Of a DNA stretch of 64,000 nucleotides, positions 33,723 to 44,729 are shown piece after piece (the first letter of the stretch is position 1; each line of letters begins with the position of its first letter). The position numbers and the translations under genes were made by a program. Source of the stretch: an uncultured Clostridium sp. (GTDB lineage: Bacteria; Bacillota; Clostridia; TANB77; CAG-508); assembly GCA_930986425.1 (NCBI GenBank), contig CAKNJR010000003.1:43047-107046 (forward strand), written 5' to 3'. The notes beneath the pieces were generated by a model. The model searched no databases and was not told the origin of the DNA. It saw only the letters and a list, made by a program, of their open reading frames with translations.

Positions 33723-36680
33723 TTATTTTAAAAGTTTTCTATTATCATTGTTAAAAAATTTCCTATAATCATTATGCCATACTGTTAATATTCCATTATT
33801 TAATCTTTGCATTTTCTTTATTTCTCTCGAAGCTTTATATATATCTGTACCTGGATAATATGTTGGTTTTAATATTATTTCTGTTGATTGTCCTTTGATT
33901 ATAAGTGTATTAGATTTATCAGTTCCTAACATTTTAGTATAATTTTTATATAATGTTGGACAATTAGCCTTTAATAATGATGGTATATTAGCAAAAATGT
34001 ATTTATCTATAATATCCAAAGCATAATATCCTGATAGTGTTCCATCAAAAGGATTTACATATATATGATTAAAGAAATCTATGTCTATAATTGAACCATG
34101 TATTGTTCCAGATCCGCCAATTTCTTTAACCTGATTAGAAACGATTTTTTGATATTTAGTATATTTTTCTAAGGGTTCTTTATTTAGCAAAATTTGACTA
34201 TCCATATTATCGTAGTAATAATGAACATCTTTTACATTTAATGATTTTAATGCACCACCATTTAATATAGCTAACCCTCTCGAAGATGGTCTGATAAAAC
34301 AATAGTAACCGTTTTTTTTCAACATGAATATCTCACCATCTCTATTATAATCCATTCCAATATTTTTTCCTCTATAAAAATCATTGTATTGAGTTTTTGT
34401 TATAGTATATATTCCATCTGCATAATCTGAAAACAAATCATAATCATATTCTATACAAAAGGATTTCACAAAAGCAGTTTTATAATTATATCCTAATTGA
34501 TTATCTGCATATATTCTATATTCTCCATCGTCATAAAAATAATTTCTATGAGTATGTCCACTTACATAAACCCAATTTCTAACATATTTCTCTGATTTTG
34601 ACCAATCTTTTTTAGGAGTATGAGTAAAAATAATAACGTGTTTATCAGGAATACAAGTGGTTAATTTATCATATATTTTCTCAAATTTTTTAGTTTCAGC
34701 TATTTCTTGTTCTCGATTTAGTGTATATCTATAAATTCCGTTATTAGCATTAAAATAATTATTGTATCCAGAAAATGCTATCCCTCCACTAATTACTAAT
34801 TTTGCCTTTTTTAATTTTACTCTAATTGCATCATCTGACAGGCTATTCATCTCTTCTTCTGAAATTTCTTCTATCTTTTTATCTTCAATATATAATAGAT
34901 TATTATGTATAAAATACATACCATTTGATATTATTAAATTTTTATAATTATCAATAATATTTTGTAATTTATGCCCAGCAAAATCCCATAATTCATGATT
35001 TCCCAAAATAAATATAACTTTTATACTATATCTATTTAATTCTTTTGATAATTCAGTAATAAACACTTTATAAAAATCATAGCTAGATGATACATCTCCA
35101 CCTATTAAAAGAATATTACTACTATTTTTCAAGATATTTATTATTATGTCTTTTATTGTAAATTCAATATCAAATATTGATTTACACTTTTGTAATCTAT
35201 GCATTAAATGTATATCTGATACATAGGAAACTCTTATATAACTATTATAATCGTTCATTGATTCATTTAATAATAAATCTCTGCTTTCATTTAATACTAA
35301 TTGTGTTTCTTTCTCATTATTTATCGTTTTTTCAAATGAAAGAGGATTATTAGAATTATTTAATATTCCATATTTCAATCCAAGTTTATCCATTATTTCA
35401 CTTCTAATATGTGCATTATCAAATTTAATATCTTCAATATTTTTTAAATTTGAAAGACCTTCGCAAAAAAGCAAGTCAGCATTACTCAAATCATTATGCA
35501 AATAATAAATATAATTAAAAAAGTATTTAAAGCCTCTTTTTCTTTCAAATAAAGTATTTCCATTTTGATCTGTCCATTTTTGTAAAACCCAAAACTTTTC
35601 CGATTCATAATACTTATTTACTATATGTGATATTTTTGTACTATCCAATGGTAATAATGTATTTTCATTTATTTTACAATTCTCTATATCTTTTTTTGAA
35701 ATTACTGCTTTTGATAAATCACAATTAGATAAATCTCCATCTAAATATTTTATAAGTTCTTTAATATCATAAAAATACTTTCTAATTATAATTGGCCAAT
35801 TTTTTCCTGTTATTTTATATGATTCTTCAATTATAAAATAATTTGTTCTTATATCAAATTTGCAGTTAGTTTCTTTTGTATAATTATTACTGTCTATATC
35901 ATTTGCCAAATTTTTTAATTTCTTTATATACTTGCTAATTGTTGTTGGTGCTCGCACATTTTTATTGTAATTTATTGAATTTAGAACTTCTTTTGCTAGA
36001 AAATATAAACACATCTTTTCTTCTGATATAATGTTCTCACAATTATTTATTGAATCCATCAAAATTTTAAATGCTTTTTTAGGTTTAATTTTAATGAAAT
36101 AATAAATAAGTATATCTTCAAAATAATATTCATGATATTTGCTTTTTTCAAAATTACGTAGAACTTTCATTAACTCTTTTAAATTTTTACAATCTAAAAC
36201 TTTGTTAATCCACAATTTATTTTTTTCTTTTTTTAATTCTGCATTTTTAAATTCATCATTTAAATTTTCTAATTCTTTATCAAGACTATCATCTGTAATA
36301 GTATAATTTATAAAAGCATTATTCTTAATCTTATTAACATCTATTTTGTATTTTTTTATCTGTCTTGAAGTAAATTCACATTGATAGTAGCAAGACTTTT
36401 CATATATATTGCCTTTTAAATATTCGTAATAGTCATCAAATGATTCAAAATTAGTTGTTATTGTTTTTAATATACTATTATCACTAAAATCTATTATGTC
36501 TTCTTGAACAAAAAATCTATTGAAAATCACATCATATCCTCTATTAGAATATACTCTCATTCCTGATTTTCTTTCTGCTTCTATAATATCTATATTATCT
36601 CTTAACTCTAATGGTATATCTCGATAATCAATACTTTTCTGTTTAATACTTTTTTTTATTATCGATATTTCTTTATTCAT
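33723..36680 (-). CDS. Large calcineurin-like metallophosphoesterase with N-terminal repeats (element cargo)
   Basis: SDIH, GGD, GNHE, TH, GHTH motifs. Confidence 0.8.
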   Translation of the reverse strand: MNKEISIIKKSIKQKSIDYRDIPLELRDNIDIIEAERKSGMRVYSNRGYDVIFNRFFVQEDIIDFSDNSILKTITTNFESFDDYYEYLKGNIYEKSCYYQCEFTSRQIKKYKIDVNKIKNNAFINYTITDDSLDKELENLNDEFKNAELKKEKNKLWINKVLDCKNLKELMKVLRNFEKSKYHEYYFEDILIYYFIKIKPKKAFKILMDSINNCENIISEEKMCLYFLAKEVLNSINYNKNVRAPTTISKYIKKLKNLANDIDSNNYTKETNCKFDIRTNYFIIEESYKITGKNWPIIIRKYFYDIKELIKYLDGDLSNCDLSKAVISKKDIENCKINENTLLPLDSTKISHIVNKYYESEKFWVLQKWTDQNGNTLFERKRGFKYFFNYIYYLHNDLSNADLLFCEGLSNLKNIEDIKFDNAHIRSEIMDKLGLKYGILNNSNNPLSFEKTINNEKETQLVLNESRDLLLNESMNDYNSYIRVSYVSDIHLMHRLQKCKSIFDIEFTIKDIIINILKNSSNILLIGGDVSSSYDFYKVFITELSKELNRYSIKVIFILGNHELWDFAGHKLQNIIDNYKNLIISNGMYFIHNNLLYIEDKKIEEISEEEMNSLSDDAIRVKLKKAKLVISGGIAFSGYNNYFNANNGIYRYTLNREQEIAETKKFEKIYDKLTTCIPDKHVIIFTHTPKKDWSKSEKYVRNWVYVSGHTHRNYFYDDGEYRIYADNQLGYNYKTAFVKSFCIEYDYDLFSDYADGIYTITKTQYNDFYRGKNIGMDYNRDGEIFMLKKNGYYCFIRPSSRGLAILNGGALKSLNVKDVHYYYDNMDSQILLNKEPLEKYTKYQKIVSNQVKEIGGSGTIHGSIIDIDFFNHIYVNPFDGTLSGYYALDIIDKYIFANIPSLLKANCPTLYKNYTKMLGTDKSNTLIIKGQSTEIILKPTYYPGTDIYKASREIKKMQRLNNGILTVWHNDYRKFFNNDNRKLLK

Positions 36681-37082
36681 AATTTTTCCTACCTATAATT
36701 TACTCTTAAAAATTACTCGTATAGCTAAACAATATCATAAATTTACATTTTTTTCAATAAACTTCATTTAAAACTATTGAATCTTTATAAAAATTATGTT
36801 AAATTAAGAATGATAAATTGATTGATATTTGTATCAATCGTCAAGAGAGTCAAAAAGTTGTAAATAACTACTTCGTTGGCACCATGAATAACATACTCTG
36901 TACAGCTAAACAACTGTACAGAGTATTTCTTATGCCCAAATTAATATTCGTTGTTCTACACAAATAAGACTAAAATTATTGTATCAATATTGATAAATAA
37001 AAAAGCTTGTGATAGAATTCTTTTATAAAATAATGTTAAATATATACTTGAAGTATCGTTATAGCAAAAAGGAGAAATTAAT

Positions 37083-37991
37083 ATGGAAAGAAAATTTGCA
37101 ATTATTGAAATTGGAAGTAACAATACCAAAACACATGTATATGAAAATGAAAAAGTTTTATATGAAAATAACACAACAATAGAATTCAAGAAGAATTATA
37201 TAAATAATAAAGTAATCGGAAAAGACGATTTAAATAAGTTTTATTCAGTAATAGAAAAGGCTATGGCTTATACCAAAAATATACATATATATGGTTGCAG
37301 TATTTTCAGAAGTATACCTAAAGAAGAACTAAATGAAATCAATTTAGAATTAAAGAATAAATATAATTATGAAGTAGAAGTTGTTTCACAAGAAGATGAA
37401 GCAAAATATACAGCATTAGGATGTTACAATAATATAGAGTGTAAAGGAAACATTTGCATATTTATTGGCGGTGGAGGCTCAATAGAATTAATATTTGTAA
37501 ATGATGGAAAAGTACTAGAAAAGAAATATTTTAGCTTTGGTGTAGTAGATGTTACCAATAAATTTCCTAGTTTAAAAGATGATGTACCAACCTGCATATT
37601 TGAGGAAGTATATAATTATGTAGCAAATTTGATAGATAATTTTGAAACAAAGGCAGATGTGCTAATTTTAGCTGGTGGAGACCATCTTTATTGGTACAAC
37701 AATGCAAAATATGAATTGATAGAAAATACTTTATATAAAAGTAATAATCAACCATTCATGCTTACAACCGAAATGAGTGATAAATATGATAGAAATGCCC
37801 TAGTTACATCATTGGATAGAATAAGAGCAAATAGTGATAATCCATTATGGTTTGATGGTTCTAGAGCTATGAAAGTAATAACAAATTTAATATCACATAG
37901 AATAGATGCCAAATATATAATTCCAACAAAAATAAACATGGAAGATGGAATAAAAGAACTTTTATTGAATGAAGAAATGGAGCAAAACTAG
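37083..37991 (+). CDS. Ppx/GppA phosphatase family (ASKHA fold)
   Basis: AIIEIGSN, SQEDEA, IGGGGSIELI. Confidence 0.75.
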   Translation: MERKFAIIEIGSNNTKTHVYENEKVLYENNTTIEFKKNYINNKVIGKDDLNKFYSVIEKAMAYTKNIHIYGCSIFRSIPKEELNEINLELKNKYNYEVEVVSQEDEAKYTALGCYNNIECKGNICIFIGGGGSIELIFVNDGKVLEKKYFSFGVVDVTNKFPSLKDDVPTCIFEEVYNYVANLIDNFETKADVLILAGGDHLYWYNNAKYELIENTLYKSNNQPFMLTTEMSDKYDRNALVTSLDRIRANSDNPLWFDGSRAMKVITNLISHRIDAKYIIPTKINMEDGIKELLLNEEMEQN

Positions 37992-38000
37992 AGATATATT

Positions 38001-39692
38001 ATGGGAAAAATAGTTTTATTAGATGACTTAACAATAAATCAAATAGCAGCTGGGGAAGTCATAGAAAGACCTGCAAATGTAGTAAAAGAATTAACAGAAA
38101 ACTCAATAGATGCAGGCGCAAAAAACATAACAATTGAAATAAGAAATGGCGGAAAAACATTTATAAAAATTACAGACGATGGAAAAGGCATAGCACCAGA
38201 TGACATGGAAATAGCAATTGAAAGACATGCAACAAGTAAAATAAGAAGTATAGAAGATTTAGATGATTGCTATACAATGGGATTTAGAGGAGAAGCTTTA
38301 GCGAGTATAGCTTCAATATCAAAACTTACAATCATTTCAAAAACCAAAGATGATTTATTTGGAAATAAACTTATAGTTAAAGCTGGTGACATTATAGATG
38401 AGGAACAAATAGGTGCACCTACTGGAACAACGATGATAGTAGAAGACCTATTTTTCAACACACCAGTAAGATATAAATTTTTAAAGCAAGATTTAACTGA
38501 ATTTAAGTACATAAAAGACTTAGTTCAAAAAATGGCAATAGCTAATTTAGATGTATCTTTCAAACTAATAAATAACAATTCAATAGTTTTTACATCAAGT
38601 GGTAGCGGTAAAATTGAAGATATTGTATATAATTTATATGGTAAAGAGATTAAAGAAAATATAGTTTCTGTAAATTACAATGAAGATGGAATAGAAATTA
38701 CAGGAGTTGTTGGAAATACACTAATAGCAAGAGATAATAGAAAAGACCAGATAATATTTTTAAATAACAGAAATATTAAAAATCCAATAATAACAAACAG
38801 TGCCGACCAAGCTTTTAAAGGTAGTACAGGAATCGGAAAATATGGATTTTTTATATTAAATCTAAATATGCCAGCAGATTACTACGATATAAATGTTCAT
38901 CCAACAAAGATGGAAGTCAGATTTAAAGACGAAGATAAAATATATAAATCAGTATATCATGCAATAAAAAACGCAATGCTAAATAAAGAATTCCTTGGAA
39001 ATAATGAAATTGTAGAAAAAGAAGAATATATTGATGATGAATATAATTTTTTAACAAATAAAACGTTTGATAATGGCTCACGAAATTTTGATATTATAAA
39101 AAGAGAGACAGCAAGGAAGATTGAGTACAAATATATTGGCATAATATTTAAAACATACATAATAATAGAAATAAATAACGAGCTATATATGATAGACCAA
39201 CATGCCGGTCATGAAAGAATATTATATGAGCAAATAAAAGAAAATTACAAAACTCATTTGCAAAATAATAGCCAAATGATGTTAATACCTGACATTATAA
39301 ATTTAACTCATAAAGAAATAAAATTTGTACAAGAAAACTTAGAATTGATAAGAAACACAGGATTTGATATTGAACTTTTTGGTAGTGACTCAGTTAAAAT
39401 AAATGGAATACCAAATCTTGAATATAAAGTAAATAGTAAGAATATATTTTTAGATATTTTAGATGAAATGATTACAAATGAAAGAAGTTCAAATAAAGAT
39501 GTAGAAGAAAGATTTATTGCCACAGTTGCTTGTAAAGCAGCAGTTAAGGCACATATGGATTTATCAAGAGAAGAAGTGGATAATTTAATTCAAGGATTAT
39601 TGCAATTGCAAAACCCATATACATGTCCACATGGAAGACCAACAACTATAAAAATAACAAAAGAAGAAATAGAAAAGAAATTAACATATTAG
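38001..39692 (+). CDS. mutL: DNA mismatch repair endonuclease MutL
   Basis: IAAGEVIERP, GFRGEAL, DQHAGHERILYE, ACK, CPHGRP. Confidence 0.96.
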   Translation: MGKIVLLDDLTINQIAAGEVIERPANVVKELTENSIDAGAKNITIEIRNGGKTFIKITDDGKGIAPDDMEIAIERHATSKIRSIEDLDDCYTMGFRGEALASIASISKLTIISKTKDDLFGNKLIVKAGDIIDEEQIGAPTGTTMIVEDLFFNTPVRYKFLKQDLTEFKYIKDLVQKMAIANLDVSFKLINNNSIVFTSSGSGKIEDIVYNLYGKEIKENIVSVNYNEDGIEITGVVGNTLIARDNRKDQIIFLNNRNIKNPIITNSADQAFKGSTGIGKYGFFILNLNMPADYYDINVHPTKMEVRFKDEDKIYKSVYHAIKNAMLNKEFLGNNEIVEKEEYIDDEYNFLTNKTFDNGSRNFDIIKRETARKIEYKYIGIIFKTYIIIEINNELYMIDQHAGHERILYEQIKENYKTHLQNNSQMMLIPDIINLTHKEIKFVQENLELIRNTGFDIELFGSDSVKINGIPNLEYKVNSKNIFLDILDEMITNERSSNKDVEERFIATVACKAAVKAHMDLSREEVDNLIQGLLQLQNPYTCPHGRPTTIKITKEEIEKKLTY

Positions 39693-39708
39693 AAAATAGA
39701 GGGAAACT

Positions 39709-40494
39709 ATGGAAAAAGATATAGAAAAATTTAAAATAGCAAAAACATTATTAGGATATAATATTTCAGTAAGCAAGTCTAGAAAAGAAGATGGTTCAAT
39801 AGATGAAGACAAATTAAATGAATTATTAAAGAAAAATTTCGAATATATTAGAAGTAAATTTTTAAAAAGAAAAGAAATGCAACCAGAAATGGCAGAAAGA
39901 ACAGATAAAGATATAAAAGAAGTAGACTACTTGTATTCGCTAATAAAAGATGGAAATGCAAGAAGAGAAAATGATGAATTAGCCAAAGAAAATGCTTATG
40001 CTGAAAAGTTACCAATAAAGCCTGAAGATGCTAATGTAGGAATTATAAGAAGCATAAATTCTAAATATGCTAAAGAAATGGTATATGGTTTTGAAGTGGC
40101 GCCAGAAGGTGAAAATAAAAAACATGTTATTGTTATACCAAAAAGGTATTTTGAATATACAACAAAAGTTGGAGTAATTGCATATATAAACGAATATATA
40201 ATTGTAAAAAATATTAATGGAATAGAAATGCATTTTGATGTAACAACAAATACAAGATTTGACGAATTAGATGAAATTATGAATTCTGGTAAACCTCTCA
40301 CTGCACTTGAAAGTGAATATGTAAGACTATTTAATAACCAAATGTCAGATATTCATTTGAGAACTTGTGCAAGAAAATATAAAGGATATATAGGAACTGT
40401 TGAAAATAATTTACGTACTGCAAAATTTGAAATGAATGAAGAAGATTTATCTGCAACTACTGCAATTGAAAGAGAAGAAGAGCGAGATAAATAA
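39709..40494 (+). CDS. Hypothetical protein (N-terminus weakly J-domain-like, no HPD)
   Basis: GAGG SD; directly downstream of mutL. Confidence 0.6.
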   Translation: MEKDIEKFKIAKTLLGYNISVSKSRKEDGSIDEDKLNELLKKNFEYIRSKFLKRKEMQPEMAERTDKDIKEVDYLYSLIKDGNARRENDELAKENAYAEKLPIKPEDANVGIIRSINSKYAKEMVYGFEVAPEGENKKHVIVIPKRYFEYTTKVGVIAYINEYIIVKNINGIEMHFDVTTNTRFDELDEIMNSGKPLTALESEYVRLFNNQMSDIHLRTCARKYKGYIGTVENNLRTAKFEMNEEDLSATTAIEREEERDK

Positions 40495-40634
40495 AATATA
40501 TAAATATTACTTGACAAATATATAAAAAAATATTAAAATGTTAGACAAGACTAACAAAAAACAAGCAGTTTTAAATCAAATTCATTAGACAAAAGTAGCT
40601 TAATAATTTTCATAAAAATAGAAAAGAGGTAAAA

Positions 40635-41351
40635 ATGCTAGAATTAAGACATATAATGTTCGAAAGGGACAATAAAAAAATACTAAATGATATTAATTTA
40701 ACAATTGATACAGGCAAGTTTATTGCAATAACAGGACAAAATGGTTCTGGAAAATCAACACTTGCAAAAATAATAATGGGAATAGAAAAGCAAGATTCTG
40801 GACAAGTAATATTTGAAGGACAAGATATTACTGATAAAACAATTGATGAAAGAGCAAGAATGGGAATAGGATTTGCATTTCAACAACCAGTAAAATTCAA
40901 AGGAATAACAGTATTAGATTTAATAAGATTATCTGCCAATAGAAAAATGAACAAAAAAGAAGCATGTGATATATTATCAACAGTTGGACTATGTGCAAAT
41001 GAATATATAGATAGAGAAGTAAATGGTTCACTATCAGGAGGAGAGCTAAAAAGAATAGAAATTGCACTTCTTGCTGTAAGAGATGCAAAACTATGTATAT
41101 TTGACGAACCAGAAGCAGGAATAGACTTATGGAGTTTCCAAAATTTAATAGAAGTATTCGAAAATATACAAGAAAGAACAAAAGGAACAACTTTAATAAT
41201 TTCTCATCAAGAAAGAATATTAAAAATAGCAGATGAAATAATATTAATGAGAAACGGTAAAATACAAAAAACAGGTAAAGCAGAAGAAGTTTTAGAAGAA
41301 ATGAATGTAAAACCACATTGCTGTAAGCTAAATAAAGGGACAAAATGTTAA
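40635..41351 (+). CDS. sufC: Fe-S assembly ATPase SufC
   Basis: GQNGSGKS, LSGGELKR, DEPEAGID; adjacent to sufBD. Confidence 0.85.
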   Translation: MLELRHIMFERDNKKILNDINLTIDTGKFIAITGQNGSGKSTLAKIIMGIEKQDSGQVIFEGQDITDKTIDERARMGIGFAFQQPVKFKGITVLDLIRLSANRKMNKKEACDILSTVGLCANEYIDREVNGSLSGGELKRIEIALLAVRDAKLCIFDEPEAGIDLWSFQNLIEVFENIQERTKGTTLIISHQERILKIADEIILMRNGKIQKTGKAEEVLEEMNVKPHCCKLNKGTKC

Positions 41352-41375
41352 GAGAGGAGACAAATAAAAGCATAT

Positions 41376-42290
41376 ATGGAAAAAATAGAAGAAGAATTAT
41401 TAGAAACAATTGCAGGCGATGATGTAAGAACCGGAGCTTACAATATTAGAAAAAACGGAAAAGGTGTTGAAAGACAAATAACAGAAAACGTAAAAATAGA
41501 AACAAAAAAAGATGGCACAGGAATAGATATTTATGTAAAAGAAAATACAAAATTTGAAATTGTTCATATTCCAGTTATAATCACACAAAGTGGACTAAAA
41601 GATGTTGTATATAATGATTTTTACATTGGGAAAAATGCAAATGTAGTAATTATTGCTGGTTGTGGAATTCATAATGATGAGCATAATGATACCCAACATG
41701 ATGGTATACATCGTTTCTTTTTAGAAGAAGGTGCAAAGGTTAAATATTATGAAAAGCATTATGGTGAAGGTAAAGGCGACGGAAAAAGAATATTAAATCC
41801 AGTAACAGAAGTAGAATTAAAAGAAGGTTCATCTTTAGAAATGGAGAGTGTACAAATAAAAGGTGTTGACTCTACAATAAGAGAAACTAGAGGGAAAGTA
41901 TATAAAGATGGAAACTTAGTAGTAACAGAAAAAATACTTACTGCAGGAACACAATTAGCTAAAACCGTGTTTGATGTAGATTTGGAAGAAGAAGGAGCAA
42001 GTGTAAAAGTAACATCACGTTCTGTTGCAACAGAAAATTCAAAACAACAATTTGAATCTAAAATCGTAGGAAATACAAAATGTTTTGGACATGTTGAATG
42101 TGATGCCATTATAAAAGATAATGCAAAAGTAACTGCAATTCCTGAAATAATTGCAAATAATGTAGATGCAAATTTAATACATGAAGCAGCTATCGGAAAA
42201 ATTGCAGGAGAGCAATTAATAAAACTAATGACATTAGGTCTTTCAGAAAAAGAGGCGGAAGAAAAAATAATTGAAGGATTTTTAAAATAG
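41376..42290 (+). CDS. SufB/SufD family Fe-S assembly protein
   Basis: GCGIHN, GHVECDAII, HEAAIGKIAGEQLIKLMTLGL. Confidence 0.88.
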   Translation: MEKIEEELLETIAGDDVRTGAYNIRKNGKGVERQITENVKIETKKDGTGIDIYVKENTKFEIVHIPVIITQSGLKDVVYNDFYIGKNANVVIIAGCGIHNDEHNDTQHDGIHRFFLEEGAKVKYYEKHYGEGKGDGKRILNPVTEVELKEGSSLEMESVQIKGVDSTIRETRGKVYKDGNLVVTEKILTAGTQLAKTVFDVDLEEEGASVKVTSRSVATENSKQQFESKIVGNTKCFGHVECDAIIKDNAKVTAIPEIIANNVDANLIHEAAIGKIAGEQLIKLMTLGLSEKEAEEKIIEGFLK

Positions 42291-42402
42291 AATTATAAAA
42301 TTGTAAATAAGATTAACAATAAAATAATACAAAAAAATTTGTTAAATATATTCAAATAAACCATTTGTTTTACATAAACTATAATATAGGAGTGTAAATC
42401 AA

Positions 42403-43614
42403 ATGGCTTATTTTTTTAAAAGAGATTTTCCACTATTAATGCAAAATAATATTGCTTATTTAGACAGTGCAGCCACAACGCAAAAGCCTATGCAAGTTAT
42501 AAATTCTATTAGCGAATACTATAAAAATTCTAACGCAAACCCTCATAGAGGAGCATATAAATTGAGTTTAGAATCTACAAAAGTGTATGATGAAGCGAGA
42601 AAAAAGGTTGCAAAATTTATAAATGCCAAAAGTGAGAACCAAATAGTATTTACTAGAAATGCAACCGAAAGCTTAAACTTAATAGCATATAGTTATGGAT
42701 TAAATAATTTAGGTAGTAAAGATAAAATTGTACTGTCAATAATGGAACATCATTCTAATTTAGTACCATGGCAATATGTATCGAGAAAGACTGGTAGTAC
42801 ATTAGAATATATGTATATAAATAAAGTAGGAGAGTTAACAGATGAGGAAATTGATAGCAAAATAGTGGAAGGAACCAAAATTGTAGGAATAACCCATGTA
42901 TCAAATGTGGTAGGAACAATAAATCCAATAGAAAAAATAATAAAAAAAGCTCATAGTGTTGGGGCTATTGCTGTCGTTGACGCATCACAAAGCGTTCCAC
43001 ATATGAAAATAGATGTTCAAAAACTTGATGCAGATTTTTTAGTGTTTTCAGGACATAAGATGTTAGCTCCGCTTGGAATAGGTGTGTTATATGCCAAAAG
43101 TGAAATACTAGAAGAAATGAAACCATTCTTATTTGGTGGAGACATGATAGAATATGTCTATGAGCAAAATGCTACATTTGCCGAAGTACCTACAAAATAT
43201 GAAGCTGGTACGCAAAATGTAGAAGGTGCAGTTGGACTATCTGCTGCAATAGATTATTTGAACAATATTGGAATGGATAAAGTACAAACCATAGAAAAAG
43301 AATTAACAAAGTATGCTCTGGAAGAACTACAAAAACTAGCATTTGTTACAATCTATGGCTTCTCAAACAAGCAGGCAGGAGTTATTTCGTTTAATGTTAA
43401 TGGAGTACATCCTCATGATGTAGCAAGTGTATTAGATAGTGAGAACGTATGCATTAGGTCAGGAAATCATTGTGCACAGCCATTACTTAGGTATATGGGT
43501 TTAGAATCAACTTGCAGAGTGAGCTTTTATATTTATAATACAAAAGAAGATGTAGATAGATTGATAGATGCTTTATATAAAACTAAAAAGCTATTTGCTA
43601 AGTGGATAAGGTAG
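42403..43614 (+). CDS. sufS: Cysteine desulfurase SufS
   Basis: YLDSAATTQKP, FSGHKM, RSGNHCAQP. Confidence 0.95.
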   Translation: MAYFFKRDFPLLMQNNIAYLDSAATTQKPMQVINSISEYYKNSNANPHRGAYKLSLESTKVYDEARKKVAKFINAKSENQIVFTRNATESLNLIAYSYGLNNLGSKDKIVLSIMEHHSNLVPWQYVSRKTGSTLEYMYINKVGELTDEEIDSKIVEGTKIVGITHVSNVVGTINPIEKIIKKAHSVGAIAVVDASQSVPHMKIDVQKLDADFLVFSGHKMLAPLGIGVLYAKSEILEEMKPFLFGGDMIEYVYEQNATFAEVPTKYEAGTQNVEGAVGLSAAIDYLNNIGMDKVQTIEKELTKYALEELQKLAFVTIYGFSNKQAGVISFNVNGVHPHDVASVLDSENVCIRSGNHCAQPLLRYMGLESTCRVSFYIYNTKEDVDRLIDALYKTKKLFAKWIR

Positions 43615-43723
43615 TAACAAGAATGAAATTTAACATATGCAATTCATAAAATTGAATATGTTAGAAAGTATGGGTTATAGGTAAACCCGTAAAACCTAAA
43701 TAAAAATAAAGGAACGGAATATA

Positions 43724-44149
43724 ATGGATGACTTAGAAGAGGTATATACAAATATCATAATGGAACATAGTATAAGTACAAAAAACAAACATAATTTAAT
43801 TGAAATAGATAGGAAAGAACACGGGCATAATCCAAGTTGTGGGGATGATATTACACTTGAAATAAAATTTGACGGAAATATAATAAAAGATTTATCTTAT
43901 ACAGGATATGGATGTGCAATATCTCAAGGCTCAGCATCCATTATGATAGATTTATTAAAAGGAAAATCACAAGAAGAAGCGATAAAGCTAATAGATATTT
44001 TTTTGAAAATGGTAAATGGAGAAGAAGTAGAAGAAGCGGAGCTCAATATGCTAGGAGACGCTAAGTACTTGAAAAATATTACAAAAATGCCAGCAAGAAT
44101 AAAATGTGCTAGTTTAGCATGGGAAACAATGAGGAGGATGATGGAGTAG
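43724..44149 (+). CDS. sufU: SufU (NifU-like)
   Basis: NPSCGD, GCAISQGS, RIKCA. Confidence 0.93.
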   Translation: MDDLEEVYTNIIMEHSISTKNKHNLIEIDRKEHGHNPSCGDDITLEIKFDGNIIKDLSYTGYGCAISQGSASIMIDLLKGKSQEEAIKLIDIFLKMVNGEEVEEAELNMLGDAKYLKNITKMPARIKCASLAWETMRRMME

Positions 44150-44157
44150 AATTTGTA

Positions 44158-44266
44158 TAAGGTCGCAATTTGCGACCTTAAATAAGAAGTTTCAAGATAT
44201 TATAAGGTTCCAAATTGGAACCTTAAAGTTAATTATTAAATGTGGTTCCATTTTGGAACCACATTT
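44158..44266. repeat. Three related palindromes
   Basis: taaggtcgcaa-t-ttgcgacctta; taaggttccaa-a-ttggaacctta; aaatgtggttcca-ttt-tggaaccacattt. Confidence 0.8.
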
Positions 44267-44369
44267 TACATCATAAAAATCGATTTATTAAATTTAACCA
44301 GAACTATGGAAAGTTTTAAACAATTGTAATATAATTATAAAAACATTTAGTATTTAAGGAGGCATACTG

Positions 44370-44717
44370 ATGAATATAAACGTAAATAAAGTAAAAATAG
44401 TAGTAACAATTCCAATTCCAAATGCTAATGAGGTAAGAAATGCAATGTGCGAAGCTGGTGCAGGAATAATAGGAAATTATACAAATTGTTCTATGTCAAC
44501 GAAATGCATAGGAACTTTTAAGCCCAATGAAAAAGCAAATCCATATATTGGAGAAAATAATAAAATGGAATTTGTGGAAGAAGAAAAGCTAGAAGTAGTA
44601 TGTGATGTAAACAATGTAAAAAATGTTATTGCTAAATTAAGAGAAGCGCATCCATATGAAGAACCTGGGATAGACATTATTCCTTTATTAGATGAGGAAA
44701 GCTTTAATTTAAAATAA
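44370..44717 (+). CDS. YqfO/Nif3 PII-like domain protein
   Basis: AGAGIIGNY..C...GTFKP...ANPYIG...HPYEEP. Confidence 0.85.
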   Translation: MNINVNKVKIVVTIPIPNANEVRNAMCEAGAGIIGNYTNCSMSTKCIGTFKPNEKANPYIGENNKMEFVEEEKLEVVCDVNNVKNVIAKLREAHPYEEPGIDIIPLLDEESFNLK

Positions 44718-44729
44718 TAATTTATCATT

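Noticed and set aside
44158-44266. CRISPR array
   Set aside because: Only three non-identical palindromes with spacers of 22 and 12 nt; no cas genes
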